This document shows positions 30,430 to 41,670 of a stretch of DNA of 64,000 nucleotides, piece after piece (the first letter of the stretch is position 1; each line of letters opens with the position of its first letter). The DNA comes from a virus. The stretch covers positions 1-64,000 of IMG/VR virus record IMGVR_UViG_3300034196_000019, one strand, 5' to 3'. The notes below the pieces were generated by a model. The model was not told the origin of the DNA, made no database searches, and saw only the letters and a list, made by a program, of their open reading frames with translations. The position numbers and the translations under genes are program-made.

Positions 30430-31137
30430 TTAGTACCTCCAGGAGGTTTTTAAACTCTCAAGTGTTTTGTCTCTCAATTCAACCCTATTCCTCTCGTTCA
30501 TCTCATCTCTATCGTCCTGCAGATGCTTTGTGTAAAGCCAATCAATGTCTTGTTGTACGCAGAGGTAAGCTAAGGCCTGAGTCCATTCTTTATCTTTATG
30601 GTCATACCTAATCAACTCGGAACAAACTCCAGTATCCAACAAGATATCAATATCTACCTTCTTAGACCAACCAAATAGACTGAAGATTTCTGTAATAGCA
30701 ACAGCATCTTGATATCTGGACTCAGGAATTAACGAAGAATTGATTGTCTCATACTTATGTTTTGCCATCTCCACAAGCCCTTCAGCCTGGAACACAGCAA
30801 ATGATAACACTGCTCCGAGTAACTGAGTTTCTAGTCCCGTAGGCGCCTTTAACCACTCCCCACGCACCCTATACCTATCAAAGGCATCTAGTAGGAGTTT
30901 CTCTGTTTTCCGAGCGTTATCTGAAGGCATAGACAACACCTTTACAGTAGTTATACCGCTTGCTGTCTCAATATTGCTAACCCTTCGATTAGGATCAGCA
31001 GAGACGCCAACTTTCACCATTCCAAGGGCATTGACTAGGACATATACCTCTTCTTTACTACCTGAAGCGATAGCCTCTTGCAGGTCTCCGCTAAAGCGGT
31101 TTGCTATATCATTAATTTGCTTATAGTCTTCAGTCAA
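30430..31137 (-). CDS. GIY-YIG (T5orf172-type) nuclease
   Basis: VYVL...VKVGVSADPNRRV...E...RGEW. Confidence 0.8.
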   Translation of the reverse strand: MTEDYKQINDIANRFSGDLQEAIASGSKEEVYVLVNALGMVKVGVSADPNRRVSNIETASGITTVKVLSMPSDNARKTEKLLLDAFDRYRVRGEWLKAPTGLETQLLGAVLSFAVFQAEGLVEMAKHKYETINSSLIPESRYQDAVAITEIFSLFGWSKKVDIDILLDTGVCSELIRYDHKDKEWTQALAYLCVQQDIDWLYTKHLQDDRDEMNERNRVELRDKTLESLKTSWRY

Positions 31138-31343
31138 TTAATAATACCCTTTCCGATTGTTTACATATCTACGGTTGTGTTCTCTTTGTAGCCTATCATG
31201 TCGTTCTTGCTGCTCTTTCTGAGACATGTGGCGTAGCCAACCTAGCCCAGTTCCTGTACATTCTCTACACTTGCAAAGGTTATACGGCTTCACCTCTTCC
31301 ATTAATTCCTCCAAATGAGAATGCCCTCAAGAGAGGGCTGTTG

Positions 31344-31736
31344 TTAATCATAAGCATAGTACAATGTAGGTTCCACATCCTCTTCATACAGAGAATAACC
31401 AATAAAGGTTTTATCTGCTAGCTTCTCGACGTATGGTGTAATCCAATCAAAGAATGCCTCAATTTCCCCATCATAGTTCTTAAGATCAGATCGACTGCAA
31501 AGGAACCATTGCTTTGCGATATCATCATACTTAAAGCTCGTTGTAGCGAAAGGTTGGTGGTAGTAGCTTGAGCAAGTCAACAAAGCACCCCACCGCGGCT
31601 TATTGAATAGAGGGTGATTGGGTAGGTATACTGGGTACTCTTCCTCTCCCACCATCCCTTTCAATAAGTCCACCACATCATCAGGAACATCCTCTTTCAG
31701 TGTCACCTTTACAAACATCTCTGTATACATGCCCAT
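31344..31736 (-). CDS. Conserved-type phage hypothetical protein
   Basis: MGMYTE...LKNYDGEIEAFFDWI...GYSLYEE; AGGAG RBS. Confidence 0.75.
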   Translation of the reverse strand: MGMYTEMFVKVTLKEDVPDDVVDLLKGMVGEEEYPVYLPNHPLFNKPRWGALLTCSSYYHQPFATTSFKYDDIAKQWFLCSRSDLKNYDGEIEAFFDWITPYVEKLADKTFIGYSLYEEDVEPTLYYAYD

Positions 31737-31757
31737 ACTATTTATCTCCTATTTTGA

Positions 31758-32149
31758 TTAAGGGTTCCCAGCTTTCCAAATACCTTGTTCCTCCCTCCTA
31801 CGTTCAATTTCCAACAGCTCAGCCTCTTGCTGTTCATCGCTCATATTTTGCTTATAAGCAGCCTTGCGCTTCTTTAGCCAAGCCGCTTTCCCAAGAGAGA
31901 TAAGGGCGTCTGCATTAGATGAGATACGTTGTTCCAGGGTAATCATTCAACCTCACGCACTCGCTCAAATACGAGATTGTAGCACTCTAGAACCTCTTCT
32001 GACCTTGCTAGAGACCAAGGGAGAATAGCTGAAGTACTTACTCCCCATTTACCCTCAATATTATTATTCATACAGATAATTTCTCTTTTGTCCACAGTAC
32101 CAATTACTTCTTGCCAAGTACCGTGATCAATATATTCCACTTTAATCAT
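31758..32149 (-). other. Two small hypothetical genes (31758-31946, 31943-32149)
   Basis: ATGA-coupled ORFs. Confidence 0.6.
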
Positions 32150-32174
32150 TTCGTATCTCCTGTTTATTAATTAT

Positions 32175-32422
32175 TCAAACATAACACAAAGAAAAGCTAA
32201 AGAACCAAACGCCCATATTCTCGCTATATTCTACCTTTGGCTGCTTAGTTTCAGGGAGAGCCATCTTGTAGCACAAGCGGAGGCAAGCAATCTCTGAACC
32301 GTACACGTACATTGTGTTGTCAATTTGCTCGCATACCACTATGTAATAGTACGTACATCCTCTTTTGTGAAGGCTTTGTAAGAGGAAGCAAGATGGGAAA
32401 GTTGAATTTTAGTGGCTTGCAT
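32175..32422 (-). pseudogene. Frameshifted hypothetical gene
   Basis: MQATKIQL...KEDV continues in another frame as VVCEQIDNTMYVYGSEIACLRL...; promoter TTGCAT-16-TAGAAT upstream. Confidence 0.5.
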
Positions 32423-32928
32423 GGTGGTAAGTCCTTTGGTACGTTTCTGTTTGGTATGTGAGTATTCTAACAGAACCATCAGCCTATGCAAGTATTATTC
32501 TCTCAGACTACCTATTATTTCAAAGAGAAACAGCCTATTTCTAATGCTTTTTAGCCCCTAAAAGGCGCGATAATCTTTTGTCTAGACTATCCTACTGCTT
32601 AAGGGTTTAGTCCTCTAAATAGCTATCAGGAACGTCATTCTCTGCATCTTCAAAACCAGCGCAATAAGCTGAGTGACCACCTTCTTTATGCTCTGAGCAC
32701 CAGTCACTGTAATCAATCTTGATATTACCATTGATATAATCATTATAACCAAGATCATATGCTTTTTCATTTACATTGAGTTGTTCAGTAGTCATCTTCT
32801 CAATCTCCAGGGTTATTTGCTTTCTTGTGACTAATTCTACAGCACACATATTCCCTGTCAACAGATATTTTCATGAGAATTGAGATTATTTTAGACAAAG
32901 AAAAGCCCCGCAAAGCGGGGCAGTATTC

Positions 32929-33291
32929 TTAAGCGGCAACAGCTTGAACATTCTGAAATTCTGTAGTACCCCCAGCAGACGGTGTACCACCTGAACCAGG
33001 GCCTCCATTATTAGGACCACCCCCCTTTGGAGGCTTTCCACTAGGAGGACGCGGCTTGTCATCTCCATTAAGTCCTTTCATCTTATGATAAAGCCACGCA
33101 TAGCGTTTCTGAGACTCTTTGTCAAGAGGAAAGCTAACGGAGATGCTGCCGTCTTCTTTCACAAGCACACTAACCTGTTTAAAGCCTTCAGATTCCTGGA
33201 ATTTGTACGCCTCCAGCAAGCTAGGAGCGACGATAGACAATATGTGACCACTGATACGCATTAGAGATTGATCAATCTTATGATTACTCAT
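32929..33291 (-). CDS. Hypothetical protein with Pro/Gly tail ending QAVAA
   Basis: ORF followed by terminator GCCCCGC-TTT-GCGGGGC-TTTTCTTT. Confidence 0.75.
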   Translation of the reverse strand: MSNHKIDQSLMRISGHILSIVAPSLLEAYKFQESEGFKQVSVLVKEDGSISVSFPLDKESQKRYAWLYHKMKGLNGDDKPRPPSGKPPKGGGPNNGGPGSGGTPSAGGTTEFQNVQAVAA

Positions 33292-33731
33292 TTGATGTCC
33301 TTTTTGGTAGGAGTTTCTGGTTCTTGCAACTCTTTCTTAGCCTTAGCAAGAAGCTGCTTAAGTACATCTACTCCATCGCTTGCTAAGTCTTTAGCCACAG
33401 GATTCTCGATTAGCTTCTCAGTGCCATAAGCTGCCACCATATAGTACATTGTCTTTTCACTTGGGACAAGATTAGCAATTAGAATTGACAACAAACTAAC
33501 CGGAATCAACTTAAAACACAGACTGCTGATACGCTTACATGTGGAAATTTTCTTTACCATGTCTTGTTTCTCATCTTCTGATGCCCATACCGTGGCACTA
33601 TCAAATGTACCAGACAAGAACCCAAAGCCGGCGGCGGTAGACACAAGAAGGCCAATTGAGCCAAGTATGCCAAAAGTCGCTGAAATACTAGGCAGTACAC
33701 CAATCAAATATACAATCAATACTAAGCTCAT
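33288..33731 (-). CDS. Hypothetical membrane protein
   Basis: Hydrophobic segments; PSEKTMYYMVAA. Confidence 0.75.
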   Translation of the reverse strand: MSLVLIVYLIGVLPSISATFGILGSIGLLVSTAAGFGFLSGTFDSATVWASEDEKQDMVKKISTCKRISSLCFKLIPVSLLSILIANLVPSEKTMYYMVAAYGTEKLIENPVAKDLASDGVDVLKQLLAKAKKELQEPETPTKKDIK

Positions 33732-35931
33732 TTGCTCTCCCCTTTTAGTAGTTCTTTCATAAAATTATCGAGCGCAGCAGACTTCTCACAGGATAGGGCA
33801 CCAATAGCCACTCCGGATGTAATTTGAGAATATTTACCGTCTTCAATATCCCGAAGCATGCGGTAAGCTCGGTCCTTTAGGTCATAAATATCAATAACGA
33901 TAGCAGCCATTATTTTATTTCCATTCTGTAAAGTGAGTACGATTCCATCGTTGTTTTCTCTGCTCAAGAGACCAGTAGCCGCTTTTATACATAATAATAC
34001 CGACAAATGTAGATACTATAAACAGTACGATCAGGCCAGCCTGCAAAAATACTTCCCAATGTAACATGTTCTCTCTCCTCAAATCTGTTTAATTAGCTTA
34101 GCTTTACTTAGATCACTAGGATCATCCACGCAAAGAGTAGCAAGCCATACGGAGGAAGTCAAGCGAGACTTGATGTGAATCACGCCTACATTCTCGCCCA
34201 TGGCTTTATACATTCCGTGCAATCGTGTTGTGATCATGGCAATTCCTCTTCGTTAATTTCTTGAGTCTCAGTATCAATCGAGACAATTTCAAATACTGTT
34301 TCACCAATCTTATGCTTAGTGAGCCAGCCTGTCAATCCTTTTTCATCTTCCCATGCTGATAAGTATTGTGCATTGTGAGAAGATGTATTGAGGATAGCAT
34401 CTGCTTTATTTGAGGCCGTGTCAATATAATAATCAGAACACAGGGACATTATGCATACCACTGCGACAGATGCAAAGACAGGCATTTACTTTCTCCTAAT
34501 AATCAGCGTTCGTACACTACACCATCATCACACAAATAGCTAGTCTTTCCTGGGATGTATGTATTTACTGTAACAATTTGAGTAGTTGAGCCAGCTATTA
34601 ATCCAGATGTTGTAGATACTGTGCCAGATGTTTTACTAACGATCTTGCAATTATGTTCTTTTGAGAACTTATCCCACCGCTCAATTTCGTTAACACTTAC
34701 CCATACAAACAAGGCAAATACCAGCAGACAACCCAGGACAATGCCAATCTTTTTAATACTCATTTAGTCTCTCCGTATATGGTTAGCTACATCTATAAGC
34801 GCATTTTTGCTAGAGCGTGTTAGCTACACTGGCTCTGACAGTCTTTCACTTTGTACATATGATATATGCGACAACTGTTACTGCTAAACACAAAGGAACC
34901 ATGAAAATAATTGCTAAGCTTAATATTAACATATAGCTACCAGAACCATATTGTAAATCATCCAGCTTGTGATAGCCACTGTCAACAGTACAGGAATTCC
35001 CACGACAATGCCAAATACTGTAGATAGGGTACATAGTAGTATACGTTCTTGCTTATGTGTGAGCATGATACTCTCCAATTATTTATTTGTTGTAGCAATC
35101 TTATTGGAATGTTCTCAATGGGTCAAGAATATTCTGTAAGGTTACTTGCTCTGCTGTTCGTCAATATCAGCAGCAAAACTGAAGAACATCAAGCCAATTT
35201 CTCGCAAGTCTTGTCGAGTGAGACCTGTCAAGCTGGAGGAAACAGCAGGATATCCGTTGTAGTCTGCGCAAATTGACAGGGAAGTACGGGCGTCTTCATC
35301 TGAACTAACTTCAACTGAGATGCCACCATTATCAATGTGACGATGATATGTCTTTTTCATTTATTTATCTCCTTTAATAAGAGACGTTGTGTCTCTGTGT
35401 GTACTGGGTATGTGTGATGAATTCTAGAGGGTCACCCCTGTCAAGCAAAGAATTGGGGGAATTTGTATTTATTTTAGAGCTTTATTCTGGGCGAAAGAAA
35501 GCCCCGCAATGCGGGGCTATTGTTCAAACATGGGTTACTCTATACAGACTACTCACTTCTGGGAAGGTCTCGTATCCATTGTGCTCAGGGGTACGCCAAC
35601 AGGTGTCCATTTTGTATGCAACAATTACACCATCTTCATTTACAACATACTCAGCAGCAAAGAACTGCTCATCCTCAAGACCATAATGTGTTGCAATGTA
35701 TTCCTCAAACATACTCCCTCCTTATTTAATTTTCTTAGCTGCTTTGGCTAGATGTTCAATACCCTTGAACCAATCTTGGAGGATACTGTCGTCATTACCC
35801 AGATACAGGTCAGCCTCAAGAAATACTTCCCCATGAACGCAAGCGTTATTCAGAGCTACAGCTAACCCTTGAGCACCATGTTCCATGATAATTGCTTTGA
35901 TCAGAGATTCAGCGAGAGCATACTTAGACAT
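33728..35931 (-). other. Small hypothetical genes (33728-33910, 34234-34485, 34503-34763, 35142-35360, 35524-35712, 35722-35931) with interspersed sigma70 promoters and terminators
   Basis: RBS-preceded ORFs; TTGACT-16-TAGAAT at 36004-35977; terminator at about 35495-35518. Confidence 0.65.
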
Positions 35932-36007
35932 TTTGTTTCTCCTATTAGGAAGGCTTATCCTCCCCTCTTGTTACCCATTCTAGAGGATTTTAGAGGGGAG
36001 TCAAGGA

Positions 36008-36793
36008 TTATTTTACAAGATGTGCATATTGACTCCATGGACCGACAAGCTTGAGTAGCACTGACTTAGCCTTGTTTGTCTTCCAGTCAGATTTAAGCTG
36101 CCTCACGTAGATACCTGTTAGCTCTAGATTGAAACTCTCTTGCACACTCTCTAGGATTTCTTCAGTAGACACATAGAAATTGTCAGCAATAAACTTCTTG
36201 ACTTCTTCGCTCACCTTTAGTACAGATTTGTGTGGTCTAAAGAGTGCTGCATAGTTGTCACCAACCAAGTGATACCTTTTTCTAATAGTGCTAGGAGCAA
36301 AACCTAGTTCTCTGCTGTGCTCAGTCAGGCTGACGAGTTCTCCGTTAACAGTTATCCGAATAGTGTCCTCTTTATTCAACCCCTGCTTTTCTTTCTCAAT
36401 CCAGATGCAGTTCTCTTTAGAGTATCCAAGATTTACATCCTTTCTCTCTATAGACAACCCTGGAGAATAAGTATCTAGCATGTCTTCCTTAAACTTATCC
36501 CAGGATAGCCAACTATCACACACTTTAATACCCCTACCACCATACCTATGATAATACTCACTGCCTTGGTTATTACAACGATCAAGCATTTTCAAATAGA
36601 TATGGTTCAACAAGCTACCAGTGTTACTTTGGTCCCCGTTCCTGCGCTTAGGTAGGTAATCTACGTTGAACCCCTTAAGATACTTCCTATTACACAGCTT
36701 GCAGTAGTTTTGGTAACCATCATTACCTCTTGACCACCTGCTAAACTCTGCAACAGGCTTAGTATCCTTACAACCTGTACACTTTTTATTCAT
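36008..36793 (-). CDS. HNH homing endonuclease
   Basis: CTGC...CKLC, MLDRC, YGGRGIKVC, SIERKDVNLGYSKENCIW. Confidence 0.85.
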   Translation of the reverse strand: MNKKCTGCKDTKPVAEFSRWSRGNDGYQNYCKLCNRKYLKGFNVDYLPKRRNGDQSNTGSLLNHIYLKMLDRCNNQGSEYYHRYGGRGIKVCDSWLSWDKFKEDMLDTYSPGLSIERKDVNLGYSKENCIWIEKEKQGLNKEDTIRITVNGELVSLTEHSRELGFAPSTIRKRYHLVGDNYAALFRPHKSVLKVSEEVKKFIADNFYVSTEEILESVQESFNLELTGIYVRQLKSDWKTNKAKSVLLKLVGPWSQYAHLVK

Positions 36794-36803
36794 AATTCCC
36801 CTA

Positions 36804-38492
36804 TCACTGACAAACTACACATTCCCCATTTGAACCCTGTACACCAGCCATCCCGTAAATATAGTACAACCCGTGGATATCCTCATCCTCAATTGCTGTC
36901 TGATGCAGGCGCGCAATCTCATCCTCAGAGCTTTCCGAAGAGATGTATAGGTTTAGGCTCTGCCATTGGCACAAATGCCGCCCCCGCTGTGCTGCTTGTC
37001 GTAAGATAGCATACTGATCAATCTCAAAGGAGGTTTTGAACACTTGCTTCACTTCATCAGACAACCAAGAAACCTTTTGTACGCTCCCCATTGCTTCCCG
37101 TACTTCTTTGATACGTTCTTTAGTGTACAGACCATTAGCTTTAAGATAGTCCAAGAACACTGGGTTTACTCGATCAATCTCCCCCGCTGCTGTACGCTGC
37201 GTCTTAACCATTGCATCGTCTGGGTTAATACCCTCAGAGCAACCGCCCATAATCAGGGCTGTGGATTTTGTTGGAGCGATTGCAAGACGGTGTGTATTAG
37301 CTACACCATACCCTTTACACCACAATGGCTCACCGTACACGCTAGCAATCCACTTGGAGGCTTCCAGGCTATCATCTTTCAGCTTCTTAAAGATCTTATT
37401 GTTAAGGTACAAAGCGTCAAAGGATTCAAATGGAAGCATTTTCATCTGATACAGCGTGGATAGACCGCAAGCCCCCAATCCCAATGCACGGCTATTCTTA
37501 GTAAAAGCTACAGCCTTTTCTAGCCCTGAGATATTCTTAGCTTTCTCAATAAACTCTTGTGCCACACAATCTAAGAATACAGTGGAGATAAATACTGCAT
37601 CTGTATCTTTCCATTCGTCCCACTTAGCAAGGTTCATACTCGCAAGAACACAAGTATAAGTGAAGTCCTTACTACTGTGTAGACAAATCTCATTACAGAG
37701 CTGTGCAGCTTTAACATCCAATCCAAGGTCTACATACATTTGAGGACGACGACGACCCACCTTACTAGGAAAAAACATGTACCCTTTGCCTGTTACCATC
37801 TTGGTCTTTTGCAGTTTCTTGAATCGGAGGTTTATTTCCTCATTCCCCTGGTTAGCAAGCTCTGTATCAGAGTCATACCAGTTCCAACCAATGTTAACAC
37901 CGTCATCGTGTGCTGCAAGGTAGTCACACACCTCATGGAAGTCACCATGAGAGATTGGCAGATAAGTGGCACAACTACCGCGTCGTGCCGTCCCCTGGGC
38001 TACATATTCCATATCTTTCACCAAGCCTTCAATAACAGGAAGAACACCCGAAGACTTACCACCTGCTTCGATTGTAGCGCCTCGTGGTCGGATATCCCCA
38101 AGATAACCTGAAGTACCAAAACCATGCTTGGTCAGGATTGCAATCTCATGTTTTGCTTTGTAGATGCCATCAATACTATCAGGGAAATAACTACCAGCAC
38201 AGCTAACAGGAAGACCACGAGTAGTACCAGTATTAGATAGGATTGGAGTGGACGGGGACAACCAACCTTTCCACATAATATCAAAGAACTTATCTTTCCA
38301 CACCTCTGGTTCTGGTGTATGTACAGCAAGAGTGGAGGCAATCCGCATATATTGTTCCTTAGGGTGATCTGCTTTATACAGATACTTCTCCTTAAAGAGC
38401 TGCCAACTAGCTGTAGACCAGTGTGCGGGAATAGTACCATCTTGCTGCATCTTCTTACGTTCTTTACTTAGAGTCTCATAACTAGTTGTCAC
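36804..38492 (-). CDS. nrdA: Ribonucleotide reductase class Ia alpha subunit
   Basis: SPSTP, PVSC, QLCNEI, CVLASMNL, APTKST, C-terminal YY and CVVCQ. GTG start overlaps the nrdB stop. Confidence 0.93.
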   Translation of the reverse strand: MTTSYETLSKERKKMQQDGTIPAHWSTASWQLFKEKYLYKADHPKEQYMRIASTLAVHTPEPEVWKDKFFDIMWKGWLSPSTPILSNTGTTRGLPVSCAGSYFPDSIDGIYKAKHEIAILTKHGFGTSGYLGDIRPRGATIEAGGKSSGVLPVIEGLVKDMEYVAQGTARRGSCATYLPISHGDFHEVCDYLAAHDDGVNIGWNWYDSDTELANQGNEEINLRFKKLQKTKMVTGKGYMFFPSKVGRRRPQMYVDLGLDVKAAQLCNEICLHSSKDFTYTCVLASMNLAKWDEWKDTDAVFISTVFLDCVAQEFIEKAKNISGLEKAVAFTKNSRALGLGACGLSTLYQMKMLPFESFDALYLNNKIFKKLKDDSLEASKWIASVYGEPLWCKGYGVANTHRLAIAPTKSTALIMGGCSEGINPDDAMVKTQRTAAGEIDRVNPVFLDYLKANGLYTKERIKEVREAMGSVQKVSWLSDEVKQVFKTSFEIDQYAILRQAAQRGRHLCQWQSLNLYISSESSEDEIARLHQTAIEDEDIHGLYYIYGMAGVQGSNGECVVCQ

Positions 38493-39484
38493 TTTTTCAC
38501 CACCCATCCAAAACCGTTAAGATCCCAATCACGGGAATATTGATTACCCTTGCTGCTAAAGAAGTCCTGAGAAGAGTAACCGCTAATACCTTTGTAGAAC
38601 CAATCTCCAATGGGGTTATACTCTACATTATAAATAGGTTCATAACCAAGGTTAGCTAGGCACAAGTCAATCCGACTCTTAGCGAACACCTCAAGTTGAT
38701 GAGGGGTAATACCGTCAATCTTACCTTTCTCAAAGATCTTAGCAATAATAACTTGTTCATGCTCAAGAACAACTTTAGCTGCCTCTACAATATCCTCTTT
38801 CAAGGACTGTTCTTGTTCTGGTGTAATCTCTCCAGCTTCTCGTTTCTCGTGCAACAGTGTACGGAACAACCAAGCTGCTGCAACAGAGTGAAGATGTTCA
38901 TCACGGGCCGAGAAGTTAATACCACTTACAGTGTTTACAAGTTTGTTCTTACCCTGCATTTGAAAGTGCTTCAAGAATGCAAAGCTAGAATATAGGATAG
39001 CACCTTCACCAAACGTAAAGCCGCCCAATGCCCGGAGGTCATCCTTGTTCTCTAGTGTGTCAGTCAAATAATCAATACGAGCTTTAAGCTCAGGATCTTT
39101 TGTATATTCTTCATAAAACTCATCTGTAGCAATACCAAGCTCTTCGTTCAAGGCTTTGTAGAAGAATTGGTGGATGCCCAGTTCCACTGCACCAAAGGTA
39201 GCCGCCATTGGTTGGATATCAGCAGGACGTGGAAACTTCTTCATTACAAAGTTAATCCAGAACTCTGAACCAATAATCTGCTCATACTTAGTAAAGATGC
39301 GGAGTGTTGTAATTACACCGTGCTTTTCTTGCGGTGTGAGGTTAACAAGAATATCTTGCTTGTCCTTATACACCTTAACTTCAAAGTGAGGCCAGTATAC
39401 AGCTTGCTGGGAATTCATAAACTCAATTGCTTCTGGATAATCTACTGTAAATGTAGTCTTCAGAGTCTGCATACGTACTGTCAT
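38489..39484 (-). CDS. nrdB: Ribonucleotide reductase beta subunit
   Basis: ELGIHQFFY, EGAILYSSF, RDEHLH, DFF. Confidence 0.93.
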   Translation of the reverse strand: MTVRMQTLKTTFTVDYPEAIEFMNSQQAVYWPHFEVKVYKDKQDILVNLTPQEKHGVITTLRIFTKYEQIIGSEFWINFVMKKFPRPADIQPMAATFGAVELGIHQFFYKALNEELGIATDEFYEEYTKDPELKARIDYLTDTLENKDDLRALGGFTFGEGAILYSSFAFLKHFQMQGKNKLVNTVSGINFSARDEHLHSVAAAWLFRTLLHEKREAGEITPEQEQSLKEDIVEAAKVVLEHEQVIIAKIFEKGKIDGITPHQLEVFAKSRIDLCLANLGYEPIYNVEYNPIGDWFYKGISGYSSQDFFSSKGNQYSRDWDLNGFGWVVKK

Positions 39485-39741
39485 TTGTATTCCTTAGCAA
39501 GCTCAAGAATTTGAGCCACTGCATCGTTACTAGAACCACGAACAATATCAATTGGCAACTCACCGCCCTTACCATAAAATGCTGTAACTGGAATGGCCCG
39601 GATACCAAGAGCATACGCCTCTTCCATAACATCTGAATCCATAATATCCTTCACATCAAAAGGAATATTATTACTCTCCAAGACAGATTTAACTACTTTG
39701 CAACCTGCACAATTATCCGCGCTGAAAATTGAAATACTCAT
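39481..39741 (-). CDS. Glutaredoxin/NrdH-like redoxin
   Basis: CAGC and RAIP motifs; adjacent to nrdB. Confidence 0.85.
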   Translation of the reverse strand: MSISIFSADNCAGCKVVKSVLESNNIPFDVKDIMDSDVMEEAYALGIRAIPVTAFYGKGGELPIDIVRGSSNDAVAQILELAKEYK

Positions 39742-39747
39742 TACGCC

Positions 39748-40176
39748 TTACTCCTTACAAGCAATATTTACATTAGATACATTGTTCATCATTTTAGCTT
39801 GTGTTGCTTCTGCTACATTGTGGATGTTGTTCAAAGCTAGCATACACCCTACACGACTAATCTCACTCTTTGTTGATCGTACCATGTCTTCTACAGCCAT
39901 GCCATTACGAATCCAATAATCATCTACGCGTTCCTTGAACACTACTCGTGGGCCTCTATCCACTTGCCCACTAAATCGACTACGATGCAAACAATCTGTA
40001 ATCTCCCAACCTGTGCTCAAGTCAGCACCCATCTCATGTAGCACTTGTTCAAACAATTTCTCATCTTGCCCCACCCATGCTGCTTCCCAATCTTTGTGGT
40101 ATTCCAAGTCTAGGAAAGACAAGTATTGATCAAAGAGGTAGGCTTCTGGTTTGCTGCTGCTTTCGTTACTACTCAT
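39748..40176 (-). CDS. Hypothetical protein
   Basis: 142-aa ORF coupled to the thyX stop. Confidence 0.7.
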   Translation of the reverse strand: MSSNESSSKPEAYLFDQYLSFLDLEYHKDWEAAWVGQDEKLFEQVLHEMGADLSTGWEITDCLHRSRFSGQVDRGPRVVFKERVDDYWIRNGMAVEDMVRSTKSEISRVGCMLALNNIHNVAEATQAKMMNNVSNVNIACKE

Positions 40177-41096
40177 TTAATACAAGCCTCCATCTTTAAA
40201 TTATTAGGAATTAATTGGCGATGTTGAATGAATCCTTTGAAGTTACTAGACCAGAAGTTACCAGTCCTATCTACGTGCGTAATACCAGCTTTCCAACTCT
40301 TAGGGTACACAGTGCTGTTAACCATTTTCTCCCCATACCCTTCATTGTAATTCTGCATTGGGGTTGCTTGGTGTTCAAATGGCGAGGCGTGAACTGGCTC
40401 ACTCACAACAAGGCGCTCATAAATACGCTTAGCTTTCTCAAGAGTATCATCTAAAGAACGAAAGCTCACTTGAGCACAGCAGCTAGCAGAAATAGCTAGA
40501 GCATCTTCCAAAGGGATACCACAGCCTTTCAGCCAATATCCCTCACCAAAATATGGTGTATGCCAATCAACAGAAGACAATTGTACAGGATCTTCTTTCT
40601 CAAAGCAATCCAGCATCACTTCAGCAAGACGTTTAATCTCAGGCTGAGCATCTTCATGATTACGAAGCTAGAAGAAGTTCCCAAACTCTGTAGCTGTAAG
40701 CACAGTTTTCATTGTTTGGAACGGCTCAAGAATACGGTTTACAATCTGTTTGTGAGCACCACAGTCGGACATAAAACTTGCGCTGTCAGCAGCATTCATA
40801 GCTGCAAGAAACCACTCACCCTTTACATCAACTCGATCAACACCATAAAGCTCTTCTTTGGCCTGCATACCAGATTTATTCTTGCCCCAATGAATTGGCG
40901 TTGCTGGGTCATTCCGTACTTGTTCAATCATCTTCTCAATTGGAACAGCTCGACTACTCATAGCATTACGACTGAATACACGATGGGTCATAAGTTCAGA
41001 ATGCAGGAATCGAGGATATTCAAGTTCAAAGGTTGCAATCTTCTGTTTATTTGGTGCTTGTGAATATGCAATCAATTTGGCGCTAATATTACTCAC
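40173..41096 (-). pseudogene. thyX: Flavin-dependent thymidylate synthase with one in-frame TAG (40668-40670)
   Basis: ELMTHRVFSRNAMSSR; GNFF*LRNHEDAQPEI continues in frame to HASPFEHQA. Confidence 0.85.
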
Positions 41097-41289
41097 ATTT
41101 TCTCCTATTATTTATTAAAGGAAACTCTTATCTTGGACGAGCATTATATCAGAGTTTCCTATTTCTTTCACTGGTTATTTATTAGGCTCTTTCATTCGTT
41201 GTTCATATTCTTCAGGGGCTCTTCCTGAACCAAGAAACCATATTGATTATAGATTGCTTTCCTAACCTTGGCCTCGTTTTTAATTTCCT

Positions 41290-41670
41290 TCATGCTTTCT
41301 TACCCTCCGCAAGCATACGATTCTCAAGTTTATGATCCAAGCGAATCTTATTGTAAGCTAGCTTTTCCTCTGTAGCTCCAGCCAGATCATAGCCCTCATG
41401 ACCACAAAGATCAAGTATACGAATGAAAGCATCGGCTAATTCTACTTCCACCATTTTACGATGTGGGAGCTTATCATCCATAAGGTTTTTACGTACACCC
41501 TCAAGGGCTTCTGACACTTCACTGTGAATCAATGCTAGCTTAGCAAGAATCTCTGTGACATCACCTTTAGGCTTAGGCTCACCTGTGTAGATGTTAGTCC
41601 ACCAGCCAGAGGCTACGTTATCAGCATATACTTGTCCTTGAAGGTCTGTGATTGCTTGTTTGTAGCTCAT
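41290..41670 (-). CDS. MazG-like NTP pyrophosphohydrolase
   Basis: LIHSEVSEALE, EVELADAFIRILD, KLAYN. Confidence 0.85.
   Translation of the reverse strand: MSYKQAITDLQGQVYADNVASGWWTNIYTGEPKPKGDVTEILAKLALIHSEVSEALEGVRKNLMDDKLPHRKMVEVELADAFIRILDLCGHEGYDLAGATEEKLAYNKIRLDHKLENRMLAEGKKA

Noticed and set aside
36804-39484. Introns or inteins in nrdA/nrdB (also checked polA)
   Set aside because: Frames are continuous, of normal compact length, and show no intein termini.
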